Below are positions 35,828 through 46,603 of a stretch of 64,000 bases of DNA, one piece after another (positions within the stretch are counted from its first letter, which is position 1; each line of letters opens with the position of its first letter). Source of the DNA: a virus (lineage: Duplodnaviria > Caudoviricetes); the IMG/VR virus record IMGVR_UViG_3300009687_000008, positions 9,144-73,143 of that record. One strand, given 5' to 3'. A program made the translations under genes and the position numbers. Below the pieces are notes generated by a model that saw nothing but the letters and a program-made list of their open reading frames with translations, was not told the origin of the DNA and made no database searches.

Positions 35828-37644
35828 ACTAAAATTGAGTCTGTTACTGTACATCCATTAGCATCAGTAACCAATACATTCAACGATGTATAAGAGGCTT
35901 CTGTAGCACAATATCTGTTTGATGTTATTCCTGAACCCCAAGAAAGTGGAGCTCCGATTGTAGGTGTCATTGTCCAAGTTATTGTGTAAGGACCTACACC
36001 ACCATTTACATTAACTATACCTTGGCGACATTCAGACGTACCACATGATGTGCATCCAGTTACACCACCGATATAATCTATACCACCAACAATAGATAGT
36101 GGCATTGCAGGTTGTGTAATAGTAACTTCTGATTCCACACTACATCCTGCCGGATCTACTACTCTTATAGTATGAGTACCAGCTGTTAACGTTATGTTAG
36201 TTGACGTTGAGAATACTGTCCCAACTAAAACATTGTCTCTATAGAAAGACATCGGATAGGTGGTTGTGAAACCAGGTATTGTAGTACCATCTGTTGTGTA
36301 ATAAACACTAAAAGTACCTGTTATTGAACCACCAAAACAAGGTATATTATAACCGTTAGTTGTTGAGAATGAAGGTACAGTTAAGTTAAACACGGGTCTT
36401 TGGTACATCACTTGTGAAGTGGAAGGACCTGTACACCCATTAGCATCTGTAATTGTTGCTGAATAGGTGCCAACATTTAGGTTTGTTAAACTATAAGGAC
36501 CTGTTAATGATAGGGAAGTTAATGGTACACTATTTTTTTGTATATTAACAGCATATGGTGGGGTTCCACCACCTGGTGTGAATAAAATAGACCCATTACT
36601 ATTACCATAACAAGTAACATTTGTTTTAGAACTCGTAAACGAAACCGATGAAGGTTGTGATAATACGGTAGGTCCCACTGTCGTGAAGTTACCAACACTA
36701 TCATATATAGTTGTATTATATGTACCTGCAGGTAAATTTATGAAAGTACCCGTATTGTTTGTTACACCAGTAGGCCCTGTTAATATATAAGTGTAACCTG
36801 AAAATGCGTTACCACCATTAGCTGTTAAAATAATAGTACCTGTATTACCACCATTACAGTCAATATTTCCTGTCGTAACAACAGAACCACTAACCGCGGA
36901 AGGTTGTGTGATTGTGAATACGGTAGATATTGTCACAGGTGGGACGGCTGAATCTGTAACTTGTGCACTATACACACCAGCACATAAACCAGTTAAACCT
37001 GTTATAGTTGTAGAAGGTCCTGCAACAACAGTTGTTGCTGTATAAGCCGGTGGTGTAAAAGAGTACCAAGTATATGTATAAGGTGGTTGTCCACCACTAG
37101 GTGTTATACTTGCAGTACCATTACAACCTACTGTTGCATTAGTTGTAGAACCTTGTGATTGCATGTTAACATATAAAGCTTGTGGTTGTTGTAGATAGTA
37201 TGAAACATATGAAAAATCACAATTACCATCAGTAATTTTTAATGTATAATTTCCTGTTTTTAAACCTGAAATAGATAAACTATTAGAGGTGAAACCGTTT
37301 GGTCCTGTCCAAGAATATGTATAAGGTCCAGGACAACCAGGGTTTATTGTTGCACTAATTGTACCATCACTACCACCAAAATAACTAATTGGTGTTGACG
37401 ATATTGATGCTGTACAGTTATTGAGTGTTAAACAAGGTTTTTGTCCACTACCACTATTTGTGGTATTCCATAAACCACTTAAATCGATAATCTCATAAAC
37501 AGGGTTTTCAACATCAGTATAAATCCCAATATCTTCAAAATCTTGTTTTAACATTATCTGAAAGTTCAAAGTAGTGGAAGTAACAACTAAATTAGTTGTT
37601 CTACCAAAATCTTCATAACCTACTTTTTTTCTTATGTATTCCAT
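35824..37644 (-). CDS. SprB-repeat (Ig-like) adhesin-like virion protein
   Basis: Multiple GGxxPY(T/A)Y/xxW...VTD(A/G)NGC...I/LxQP units. Confidence 0.8.
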   Translation of the reverse strand: MEYIRKKVGYEDFGRTTNLVVTSTTLNFQIMLKQDFEDIGIYTDVENPVYEIIDLSGLWNTTNSGSGQKPCLTLNNCTASISSTPISYFGGSDGTISATINPGCPGPYTYSWTGPNGFTSNSLSISGLKTGNYTLKITDGNCDFSYVSYYLQQPQALYVNMQSQGSTTNATVGCNGTASITPSGGQPPYTYTWYSFTPPAYTATTVVAGPSTTITGLTGLCAGVYSAQVTDSAVPPVTISTVFTITQPSAVSGSVVTTGNIDCNGGNTGTIILTANGGNAFSGYTYILTGPTGVTNNTGTFINLPAGTYNTTIYDSVGNFTTVGPTVLSQPSSVSFTSSKTNVTCYGNSNGSILFTPGGGTPPYAVNIQKNSVPLTSLSLTGPYSLTNLNVGTYSATITDANGCTGPSTSQVMYQRPVFNLTVPSFSTTNGYNIPCFGGSITGTFSVYYTTDGTTIPGFTTTYPMSFYRDNVLVGTVFSTSTNITLTAGTHTIRVVDPAGCSVESEVTITQPAMPLSIVGGIDYIGGVTGCTSCGTSECRQGIVNVNGGVGPYTITWTMTPTIGAPLSWGSGITSNRYCATEASYTSLNVLVTDANGCTVTDSILV

Positions 37645-38441
37645 TAAACCATAATAAATTCAGATAGTGTTATCACACTAGGTGTGTTAGCCCCAAAAGG
37701 CATATAAGGTCTAAAATTAAATTCCCCATTATTTAATTTTGGATTTAATAACTCAATAGCACTTGTTCTCCAATCTCTATTACCTGTATTACTATATTGA
37801 GCTATCGTCAATGGGGATGTGATATATGTTGGTGGATTTATGAATCTTGTTACTTTACCTGTTTTTGCATTAAAGAATCTAGCATCCATATAGACCACCC
37901 TATTGTTATTGTTTTCTTTAAAATATTCATCATTTCTTAACCAATAAAGTCGATTAAAAGGGATGATTGGTTGTGTTGTTTCACCAACATCCAAATCTTC
38001 TGTGAATATTAAATTATTCGTGTCACCACTATTTGTATCGTAAAAATATAATCTAAAGAAACTTTTTTTAAACCCATTTCTTCTTTTATTTATATCTAAA
38101 TTTGTAAAATCAGCTGCACTATAAGATGTTGTAAAAGTAGATGATGTTGTGTTCCAAAATCTAAATTGTATCAACAAACCTTTACCGTAATTAACTAGAG
38201 GGTTATTATCATCTCTAAATTTATACTTTGTTGTTTCAGCATCAAAAGTTGGATTTATTGCCTTTTTTCTCTCAGCAACAACAATATCTTGTACATCCTC
38301 ACCGTAATCAACAGGGAAGAAATTTAAACCCAAAGGGACAGTTATAGATTTATATAAACCACCATCCGTTCCACCACTTACTGTGAAAGTTTGTCCAGTT
38401 ACTGACTGAAATGTATTTTGTATTTGATATTTTATTAACAT
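37644..38441 (-). CDS. Putative virion protein
   Basis: 265 aa ORF in the structural operon. Confidence 0.55.
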   Translation of the reverse strand: MLIKYQIQNTFQSVTGQTFTVSGGTDGGLYKSITVPLGLNFFPVDYGEDVQDIVVAERKKAINPTFDAETTKYKFRDDNNPLVNYGKGLLIQFRFWNTTSSTFTTSYSAADFTNLDINKRRNGFKKSFFRLYFYDTNSGDTNNLIFTEDLDVGETTQPIIPFNRLYWLRNDEYFKENNNNRVVYMDARFFNAKTGKVTRFINPPTYITSPLTIAQYSNTGNRDWRTSAIELLNPKLNNGEFNFRPYMPFGANTPSVITLSEFIMV

Positions 38442-40264
38442 TCTTCGTTTATATTTCTAATAACCCTAGCATCATCTTGGTTTATTAAAATTGGTGGGGT
38501 TTGTCTTCTTATGTATAGATTATGATTAAAGTAAAAATAATGTGCTCCATTGACGAATGGATAGTCAACACCATTAACACCTTCTTCAAAATATCCTATT
38601 GTTAACAAATCCCTCCAAGCTATTGAACCATCAGGGTAGGTTTCGTAATTATCGGGGATGTCAACCATTGTTTCACCGGAAGCAGCAGTTTCAATAACAT
38701 TTGAATATTTCCTAACTTGTAATTTTTTAAAAGGTTTATAATAATAACCTTCCCCGTTAGGGTTTGAATTAACACCAAACCTGTGAATAACATCTGAGAT
38801 AACAACTTCTCTCAATTCTTTACTGTTGTAATCTATAAAATCACCAATATACATGTCACCATCTACTCCAACAATTTCACCATCAGTGCCTATAGTTTCA
38901 GTTCTTGCTGAAAACTTTTCAATACTACCAATACCTGAAGGATTGTTAATTGATATAAATTCTAACCCATTTGCTGTTGTAGTTGTTTCATGGTTAAAAT
39001 CCCAATCAGCAGTTACGTGTGAAAAATTGTAAGGATTCTTACCTGACCTTCTTATAATAGTATAGTAAAGTTCTGAAATAGGTCCATTTCTACTATCTCT
39101 AATTCTCTCAACACTAACGTCTTGTGTGAATTGAAACATCCACGTATCATTGACCGCCCCTATAGTAGGATCACTCACATCTGAGTATATATTACTACTA
39201 AAAGCACAAGGATAAACATCGTAACTATTAGTTGTTAATAGTTCAAACTTCCTTATATAATATTCGGAAGGTGTACCATCTAATCTTCTCCACTGTGGTA
39301 ACGGGGAGTAACTTTGAGTAAAACCTTTTGTTAGGGAGATGGTTGCTCTAATAACAAATTTTGTTGTATTAATCACATTATAAACTCTCCATGTACCGTT
39401 TAATATGTTAGATGTACCAAACCTTATGTCCACAAAATCCCCAACCAATAGATTATGTGGAAGGGTTGTGTTTATTGTTGTATATTTTACCTCATTTAAT
39501 CCATATGTATCAATAGTAGTCCCACTAATATCAGTTGCTGTAGCGAAATTAAAATTCTGTGGGTTATTAAAATTAACATCATCAAATGATGGTTCCACAA
39601 TTTTAACAAAATTACCCACACCACTAGGTATGGAATTAACAATAGTTTCTAGTGTTAAATCTTGTTTAAGATTTTCACCATCTATACCTCTACTTAATAT
39701 TTTATGTATACCTTGTAATGGATTAAAACTGGTATTACTATAAAGGTAAATAAACTCACCTTCTTGTAGATTATGAGATTGTACCCCCTTTACCGTTAAT
39801 CTATCATTACCATTAACTACTGTTGAGCCTAAAAACTGATATTGAAACCCTCTGAAGGCTTCTGAAGTAATGTTACCAACAGGTGTTCTAGCCTGAATTG
39901 AGTAAAAAGGATCCATTTTTGATGGGTATGTTATTTGCATTACCCAATTACTAGGTGTTACCGCTGGTGTACCATAAAACATTGGACTCCAAGCTGAATC
40001 ATCAAACTTACCCATAACGTATGCGGTAGAACCTGTCGATAATACATTGGAGGTGTAGATGTTTAGTTTCCCGTTGAAACGATAGTTAAAAGTCTTTCGT
40101 CTTTCTTCTTCAAATAATTGTTGTAGATTAACTATGTCAATAATATCATATTCAGTTAGTGGTTTTGTTTTCTCCTCTAACTGTAACTGTAAATTTGTGT
40201 CTGTATTGGGAGCAAGTTTATATCTTTTACTACCAATAAGTTGTGTAACATAGTTATTTTCCAT
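38435..40264 (-). CDS. Putative virion/baseplate protein with ubiquitin-activating-E1-FCCH-like beta modules
   Basis: Two HNLxxGxFxxI-type repeats (HNLQEGEFIYL, HNLLVGDFVDI). Confidence 0.5.
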   Translation of the reverse strand: MENNYVTQLIGSKRYKLAPNTDTNLQLQLEEKTKPLTEYDIIDIVNLQQLFEEERRKTFNYRFNGKLNIYTSNVLSTGSTAYVMGKFDDSAWSPMFYGTPAVTPSNWVMQITYPSKMDPFYSIQARTPVGNITSEAFRGFQYQFLGSTVVNGNDRLTVKGVQSHNLQEGEFIYLYSNTSFNPLQGIHKILSRGIDGENLKQDLTLETIVNSIPSGVGNFVKIVEPSFDDVNFNNPQNFNFATATDISGTTIDTYGLNEVKYTTINTTLPHNLLVGDFVDIRFGTSNILNGTWRVYNVINTTKFVIRATISLTKGFTQSYSPLPQWRRLDGTPSEYYIRKFELLTTNSYDVYPCAFSSNIYSDVSDPTIGAVNDTWMFQFTQDVSVERIRDSRNGPISELYYTIIRRSGKNPYNFSHVTADWDFNHETTTTANGLEFISINNPSGIGSIEKFSARTETIGTDGEIVGVDGDMYIGDFIDYNSKELREVVISDVIHRFGVNSNPNGEGYYYKPFKKLQVRKYSNVIETAASGETMVDIPDNYETYPDGSIAWRDLLTIGYFEEGVNGVDYPFVNGAHYFYFNHNLYIRRQTPPILINQDDARVIRNINEEC

Positions 40265-42081
40265 TAAGATTTAACTCTTACTCTAATATCTGACTGAGGA
40301 TATTTTATTTCAAACATTGTATCGTATTCACCAAATAACGCAAAATCATCAGTTAAATCGATTTGTTTTGTAACGTTATCTAGGTAAGGTTGATTGGTAG
40401 TATTTAATGAGTACCTACCGTCAACTTCATTATAAACTTTAATATCAACTACGTTTAAAACCCCAGCAACATTATTAATTTGTTCTATTAATTGTGCCAA
40501 ATAAACATTTTGTCCCATTTGCCACTTTTTAATATCAAAATAATTTTTAATAGTATTAATTGTATTGTTTATTAATTCTCCCTGATTAAATGTTTTATCA
40601 ACATATAAATCAATATCAAAAGATAAATTAATAATCTTACCATCTCTAATTAGAACATAGTCATTTATCATCCTATAGTCGGCCAACCAAGTAGCCATAT
40701 TTTCTTTTAGGGTGTTTGTTGATGAATTATCTAATTTACCTTCAGCGTTTAAACCTAAGATGGCAAATTCCACTTTGTTTTGATTTTCAGCCACTTGCAT
40801 TCTAAACGGTACTCCGTATTGACCTGGCATCTTAAACATTGTAGCAATATAATCTTTAATCGTAACCGCTCTATTTTGAGAAGCGAAATTATATTTGGTT
40901 ATCCATCTAATTTCGTCGATTGACGGTTCGTCTGCCCCACCAAATGCTGGTACAGGGTTATTAACTCTTAGTGATTGTCTAACACTCTGATTTATCGTAG
41001 CATTAGGTCCGTTAATAAACATATCAACAAACCCTAAACTGTTTATCACATTACTACCTATATTAGCCGCACTACCACCACCCACTCTATATCTAACATA
41101 TAGTGTTGTGTTAGGTTTCGGTATTTCCCCTAATGCTGTAGTGTTGAAAAAGTTAGCAATTTGTAAGACATACTGATTTTGAGTATAGTTCTGTAAATTT
41201 TGTTGATCGGAGAATCCTGAACCAAATGTTAATTTACAGAAACCTGTGTCAGTGTATTCTCTAACAAATTTTTTATTAATACTAATCCATTTACCTGGTT
41301 TAATACCTGAATTATCAGTACTTCTTGTTGGATCATCAACAAATATTTTATCTTCAGCTAGTGAATCCACTTCCCACCATCTTATATTATTATCCATAAA
41401 CTCAGCAGTTGTTGGATTTGTAACTAATGAAGTACCTTCTTTAGTTATTACTTGTTCTACAGAAACTACATTGTTGTCAGGTAAAATAACCTCTAAGAAT
41501 GGTATTGCATCAGCGGAATTAATAATTTTCTTGAAGATTTTAGATTGCCCATTACTTACAATCTCCCTCTTAACTAAAGTGTAATTAACAATTTGATTGT
41601 TAGCGTTAATGTTTGGGATTATAAGTCTGTTTGGTATACCGCCAGAACTATATGGAGATGAAAAATCAATGTCATCTAATGTTTCAAAGATTTGTCCAGC
41701 CCCAGCAACTTGGGTTCCGTATTTAACTATTGGTGCGTATCTTATATCGAATGTGTCACCAAAAACAGGGACAGTAACAGAGAAATCAACTAAAGTTATT
41801 GATGACCTCTTACCTGGTATTTTTAACCCTAAAGTTCTAGCAATATTAAGAAGTGACCTTCTTTCTTGTGCGTAATCAATTTGGGTTTCATTGAACATCC
41901 TATCTGTGTGATAAGATAACATATCAGATACCGCAGCATTTAATTCTAATAACATCATACCGATAGATGCATCATTAAAATCTTGGTAGAGTTCGGGGTA
42001 AAAGTGTTTTACGTAAGTAATTAACTCACCTCTAACATCTGCGAAATTTCTTGCGAAATAATTAATTTTCTTTTCTGCCAT
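40264..42081 (-). CDS. Baseplate wedge subunit (T4 gp6/baseplate J-like)
   Basis: RNFADVRGELI, AQERRSLLNIARTLG, YRVGGG, GGADE, QNRAVTIKDY. Confidence 0.88.
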   Translation of the reverse strand: MAEKKINYFARNFADVRGELITYVKHFYPELYQDFNDASIGMMLLELNAAVSDMLSYHTDRMFNETQIDYAQERRSLLNIARTLGLKIPGKRSSITLVDFSVTVPVFGDTFDIRYAPIVKYGTQVAGAGQIFETLDDIDFSSPYSSGGIPNRLIIPNINANNQIVNYTLVKREIVSNGQSKIFKKIINSADAIPFLEVILPDNNVVSVEQVITKEGTSLVTNPTTAEFMDNNIRWWEVDSLAEDKIFVDDPTRSTDNSGIKPGKWISINKKFVREYTDTGFCKLTFGSGFSDQQNLQNYTQNQYVLQIANFFNTTALGEIPKPNTTLYVRYRVGGGSAANIGSNVINSLGFVDMFINGPNATINQSVRQSLRVNNPVPAFGGADEPSIDEIRWITKYNFASQNRAVTIKDYIATMFKMPGQYGVPFRMQVAENQNKVEFAILGLNAEGKLDNSSTNTLKENMATWLADYRMINDYVLIRDGKIINLSFDIDLYVDKTFNQGELINNTINTIKNYFDIKKWQMGQNVYLAQLIEQINNVAGVLNVVDIKVYNEVDGRYSLNTTNQPYLDNVTKQIDLTDDFALFGEYDTMFEIKYPQSDIRVRVKS

Positions 42082-42086
42082 AGTTT

Positions 42087-42473
42087 TTACATTTTTAATG
42101 TTACAAAGTCAGAGGATTGGAAAGCCCCTGTTGTTACTGTGTAATCTATCTTAACGACAACGGCATGAATATTATCATCCGATGGTGTTGTTGATAATTC
42201 TGTTATAGTTAAATTTGGAATATATTTTTTAACCGCTGTGTTTATTTCATTTTTAATCCCATCCCAAGATGGGGCATCATTTTGTTCAAAAATATATTGT
42301 CTAAGATTAGCACCAAAATCTGGTAAATAAAGTCTTTCACCCTTATTAGTTAATAATAAATGCATTAAGTCAGCTTTGATTGCCTTCTTAGAATTATCAT
42401 TCATTTGAAGGAATTTACCATCTTTATCATCCGAGAATGGAAATTGAATATTTATGAACCTTTCCTGTGCCAT
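42087..42473 (-). CDS. Baseplate wedge gp25-like protein
   Basis: IKADLMHLLLTNKGERLYLPDFGANLRQYIFE. Confidence 0.88.
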   Translation of the reverse strand: MAQERFINIQFPFSDDKDGKFLQMNDNSKKAIKADLMHLLLTNKGERLYLPDFGANLRQYIFEQNDAPSWDGIKNEINTAVKKYIPNLTITELSTTPSDDNIHAVVVKIDYTVTTGAFQSSDFVTLKM

Positions 42474-42483
42474 TTGTTTTCTT

Positions 42484-42493
42484 TATAAATATC
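42484..42493 (-). promoter_or_regulatory. Recurrent upstream motif GATATTTATA (head of structural operon)
   Basis: Located 10 nt upstream of the gp25-like ATG at 42473, downstream of the nrdJ terminator. Confidence 0.6.
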
Positions 42494-42548
42494 TATTGAG
42501 GAAATTTACCAACAAAAAATAAAATCTAAAGTGTAAAGTTTAGAGCAT

Positions 42549-42573
42549 AAAAAACCCCCGAATTTCGGGGGTT
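42549..42573 (-). terminator. Intrinsic terminator after nrdJ
   Basis: The minus strand reads AACCCCCGAA-A-TTCGGGGGTTTTTT. Confidence 0.8.
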
Positions 42574-42581
42574 AATTTTTA

Positions 42582-45119
42582 TTATCCACATTTAGAATAA
42601 CCACAGTCTTTACACTTGTAACATCCCTCTTGCATTGTCATTCCATATGGAGAACCACAAGATTCACAAGCTATAGCTGAAAAATTTTCATCCTTTAAAT
42701 ATTTCTTTAAAGTTCTTGCGATAGCCTTAGAGAATGATACAATAGTACCTTCAGATTTCATTAATTGTTCATAAATGAAATTGATGTCAGCTCCATGACG
42801 TAACGATGTTGAAATCATACGTGTTAAAGCTTCTTGTTCATCAGATTCAAAAAGTTCTTTCAAATCTTCAAGTGTAAATCCATCAAGTTCAAGGTCATAT
42901 TTACCTTTTCTAACTTTAGTTAATTTACCGTGTTTGAATTTTTCAGAAAGGTTAATGTTCTTCTTTTTGAAAGCGAAAATCTCATATGGGTCTTCACCTA
43001 ATAAACCAACCAATACAATCCATTTATCACCTGAAACTGTTAAGTGGTGTACATCACAATCTAAAGTTTTAGGTCTTTTTGGTGCGTTTGTTTTAGGTAT
43101 TGTCTTATCGTCTACAGTATTTTCAGAACTTGATTTATCTGAAAGTACAGCTGTCATAGTACCAGCTCTATAAGTAGTACCACCTTTAACAACACCAGTG
43201 TTGTATAATTCAGTATAAAGTCTTTTGAAGTCTTCGTATGGATATTCAAAAGGTAAGTTTACTGTTTTAGACATAGCTGAATCAATGTATTTTGCCATGA
43301 TAGCCATTGTCTTAACGTGTTCATCAATAGTAAGTTCAGTTGTTGTAGCTGCCCAAGTTGCTGTTGCATCCCACTCACCTTTACCTTCTAAGAAACGAAC
43401 TGCGTAATCTTTAACCCAAGATTCTCTCAATAAACCTCTTGATTTATCAAATTTCCAAACATAACCACCAAACTCAGTTTTTAAAAGGTTTTCATCACCT
43501 TCTTTAATCCAAGTCCAAGTTGTTGTTGAATCGTAAGTTTTGTTTTCCCAATCAATATTTTTTGGTTTATCTAAACCTTCAGGTGCGTAAGGCATGATAG
43601 ATGTTCTAACATACAAAGGCATAAATAATGGTTCTAAACCACCACTAACGTTGTTAGCGAATACTGAAGAGTTACCTGTTGGTTGGATTGATAACAAATG
43701 TGAGTTACGAAGACCGTACTTTCTAATCATTGATTTAGTTTCCTCAGAAAGTGATTGTTTAACGAAGTTAGAGTTTAAATATTTCTCTTCATCATATAAA
43801 GGGAATGCACCTTTTTCTGAAGCAATAACAGCTGAAGATTGGTACGCTTTATTAGCTAAGAAATCCATTAATTTTTGTGTTAAGTTAAGAGCTTCTTCAG
43901 AACCATAACGTACTTTTAACATCATAAGTGCTGAACCATAACCTAAGAACCCTAAACCAATTCTTCTCTTATTTTTTAATCCTTCTCTTTGTGTTGGAAG
44001 TGGGACGTAAGTTTTATCGTTTACGTTATCCATCATACGAACTGCGATAGGTATTAACTTACCAAGTTTGTTATAATCCCAATCTTTCTTATCAAAATCA
44101 ACAAATTGTGTTAAGTTAATAGAACCTAATAAACAAACACCACCGATAGGTAAAATTTGTTCTCCACAAGGGTTAGTTGCGTTAATATGTTCACAGTAAT
44201 AAAGATTATTCAACTTATTCATTGTGTCAACGAAAAGAACACCTGGTTCATTTCTCGTATAAGTTGATGTCATGATTAAATCCCAAAGTTGGTTAGCATT
44301 CTCGTATGTTTTGTAAACCACAGTACTATAACCAAGTGCTTTCCATTTCTTTAAGTTACCATCCCATTCCTTTTTATATTCATCAGAATGTGTTTCATAA
44401 TCAGGGAATTCTAAATTCCAAGGTTGGTTGTTTTTAACAGCATCCATAAACTCATCAGTAATCAATACTGACATGTTGAATTTGGTTAAGCGACCTGGTG
44501 TTTGTTTAGCTTGGATGTATTCTTCAATATCAGGGTGCCAAACAGATTGTGTTACCATCTGTGCTCCTTTACGAATTTTTACTTTAGCTTTTTTCTTTTT
44601 GGTTTTATTACCACTACCTTCAGTAATAACAGCAGATTGTGTATCCCACATATCTAACATTCTCACTGAACCAGGTGATTCATTACCAATACCACCGATA
44701 AAGGCACCTCTAGGTCTCATAACGTCAGCACAAAATCCATAACCACCTTCTGATTTAAGGATTAAAGCCTGTCTTCTAAGTGCGTCAAGAATTCCTTCCA
44801 TTGAATCTTGGTCTTCTCCCATGAACCCGTCAACGAAACAGTTTATATAGGTTGTACCTTTTAATCCTGTTCCTGCGTTAGATGTGATTCTACCACCTGG
44901 TACAAACTTAAAATCTTCTAAAGCCCATAAAAATTCTTGAGTCCAATGATTTGTATCTTTTTCGATTGAAGCCAAATCTTTAGCTACACGAAGTTGGGTA
45001 CCGTTGATGTCTTCGTCACCATATCTGTAGGTTTGTTCATAAATTTCTTTACTAAAATCGTCTACAAATTTAGTGTCAACTTTAAATTTCACATCATCCA
45101 TAATTTGATTGTTTTCCAT
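42582..45119 (-). CDS. nrdJ: Class II (adenosylcobalamin-dependent) ribonucleotide reductase
   Basis: PGGRI, INCF, TNPCGEQ, CLLGSINL, SIQPTG, and a C-terminal extension with a CxxC...CxxC Zn ribbon. Confidence 0.92.
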   Translation of the reverse strand: MENNQIMDDVKFKVDTKFVDDFSKEIYEQTYRYGDEDINGTQLRVAKDLASIEKDTNHWTQEFLWALEDFKFVPGGRITSNAGTGLKGTTYINCFVDGFMGEDQDSMEGILDALRRQALILKSEGGYGFCADVMRPRGAFIGGIGNESPGSVRMLDMWDTQSAVITEGSGNKTKKKKAKVKIRKGAQMVTQSVWHPDIEEYIQAKQTPGRLTKFNMSVLITDEFMDAVKNNQPWNLEFPDYETHSDEYKKEWDGNLKKWKALGYSTVVYKTYENANQLWDLIMTSTYTRNEPGVLFVDTMNKLNNLYYCEHINATNPCGEQILPIGGVCLLGSINLTQFVDFDKKDWDYNKLGKLIPIAVRMMDNVNDKTYVPLPTQREGLKNKRRIGLGFLGYGSALMMLKVRYGSEEALNLTQKLMDFLANKAYQSSAVIASEKGAFPLYDEEKYLNSNFVKQSLSEETKSMIRKYGLRNSHLLSIQPTGNSSVFANNVSGGLEPLFMPLYVRTSIMPYAPEGLDKPKNIDWENKTYDSTTTWTWIKEGDENLLKTEFGGYVWKFDKSRGLLRESWVKDYAVRFLEGKGEWDATATWAATTTELTIDEHVKTMAIMAKYIDSAMSKTVNLPFEYPYEDFKRLYTELYNTGVVKGGTTYRAGTMTAVLSDKSSSENTVDDKTIPKTNAPKRPKTLDCDVHHLTVSGDKWIVLVGLLGEDPYEIFAFKKKNINLSEKFKHGKLTKVRKGKYDLELDGFTLEDLKELFESDEQEALTRMISTSLRHGADINFIYEQLMKSEGTIVSFSKAIARTLKKYLKDENFSAIACESCGSPYGMTMQEGCYKCKDCGYSKCG

Positions 45120-45142
45120 GTTTTTAAATTGTTTAAATAATA

Positions 45143-45171
45143 TAACCCCATAAGACTACCCTATGGGGTTA
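45143..45171. promoter_or_regulatory. Stem-loop between helicase and nrdJ
   Basis: TAACCCCATA-AGACTACCC-TATGGGGTTA, a 10-bp stem about 23 nt upstream of the nrdJ ATG. Confidence 0.55.
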
Positions 45172-45175
45172 ATAA

Positions 45176-46594
45176 TTAATTTTCTTGTTGTTGTTTTTTC
45201 TGTAAATCTTTTGCTCTTTGTATTCTTTGACGAGTTTCTGACTCTTTTTTAACTTCTTGGGTTTTCTCATAACCTAAGAATGTTTGAGATGTTTCAGTGT
45301 CAATATGTACCTTACCGTTATCGAAAGTACAATCTTCGAATACAACACCATCACGTCCGAAACGTGATTTTAAAACAGCTATAGTAGCACGTCCTGACTC
45401 TTTTTGTGGTAAAGTTCTAGCAATTGACATAATAAAATGTCCTATTTGTGCTTTCTTAATCGAACCACCCATTTGGTCACCTGTAACAACATCAGCACTA
45501 ATTGAGCTTCTGTTACCTTGAACGGCTGTCCATCCTACCACACCGAATTCACTTAACATTGATTCAAACCCCCTCATAACGTTTCCTTCACCTGACCATT
45601 CATCACTATACTGTTTTGTTGATTCAACACAGTCAATATAGTCGAGAACAATCATGTCGGGTTTAAATCCTGTAGAGATTTCGTGTCTTACAAAGGATTT
45701 AATTGTTTGCATTGTTACACCTTCTGAAGAGAATTTTCTAATTCTCAAATCATTAGTTCTGTTAGAGGTTACTTCTTTGTGTTTATTTAAAACTTCTATT
45801 TTCCTGTCAGCCAACTCATTTAAGTCGATACCTGACCAACATGCCAAGTGTTTACGTTTAATTACGTCTGGCATATCTTCGAAAACTATTTGTAAAACAT
45901 TGTACCCCACATTATAGGCTGTATTAGCAATTTTAGTAAGAATAGTTGTTTTACCAACACCATATGGTGCTAAGATTACCCCTAACTCACCTCTTGATAA
46001 ACCTCCGTCGGTTAATTGATCGATACCATTTATTCCCGTAGGAATCGGATGTCTAAAATCTTTTTCTAATACGGCCTCAATATTTTCCGTAATGGAAGTA
46101 CCGTCATCTTTTTCAGACCCAACTGAAAGAGCCTCTCTTAAAATCTCTGCACAAGTTTCGTAGTTTTCGAACTCCCCATTATCAACAATTTTGTTGATTT
46201 TTTCGTTTGCCTTTTTGAGTTCCTGTTGTCTACAGAAATTAAGTGCCTTACTTTGAACGAATTCCCAATCCTCAACCGTAATCTCACGAATTTCTTTTAA
46301 CATTTCGAAAACGTAGTCCTGAGTAACTTTATCTTTTACTTCCATTTTAATAATGGTTTCCAAAGTATCAGATGAAGGTACTTTTTCGTACTTCTCATAG
46401 TAGTCCTTAATTTGGGCTACTATGAGACGAAAATATTCATTGTCAAAGTACTTTGCATGTACGATGTCAATGATTCTGTCAGAAAATTTGTGATTTGCTG
46501 GGTGTAGGATTTGGTTGATTAGTTCCATTTGAAACTTGTAACCTAAATAACCTAATGTAACATTTTTACCCATTTTTTTGTTCTGTGTATTCAT
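45176..46594 (-). CDS. dnaB: Replicative DNA helicase (DnaB/T4 gp41-like)
   Basis: IPTGI...GGLSRGEL, Walker A APYGVGKTT, VLDY, TAVQGNR, KSRFG. The start may be 46573. Confidence 0.9.
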   Translation of the reverse strand: MNTQNKKMGKNVTLGYLGYKFQMELINQILHPANHKFSDRIIDIVHAKYFDNEYFRLIVAQIKDYYEKYEKVPSSDTLETIIKMEVKDKVTQDYVFEMLKEIREITVEDWEFVQSKALNFCRQQELKKANEKINKIVDNGEFENYETCAEILREALSVGSEKDDGTSITENIEAVLEKDFRHPIPTGINGIDQLTDGGLSRGELGVILAPYGVGKTTILTKIANTAYNVGYNVLQIVFEDMPDVIKRKHLACWSGIDLNELADRKIEVLNKHKEVTSNRTNDLRIRKFSSEGVTMQTIKSFVRHEISTGFKPDMIVLDYIDCVESTKQYSDEWSGEGNVMRGFESMLSEFGVVGWTAVQGNRSSISADVVTGDQMGGSIKKAQIGHFIMSIARTLPQKESGRATIAVLKSRFGRDGVVFEDCTFDNGKVHIDTETSQTFLGYEKTQEVKKESETRQRIQRAKDLQKKQQQEN

Positions 46595-46603
46595 AAATAC
46601 TTC

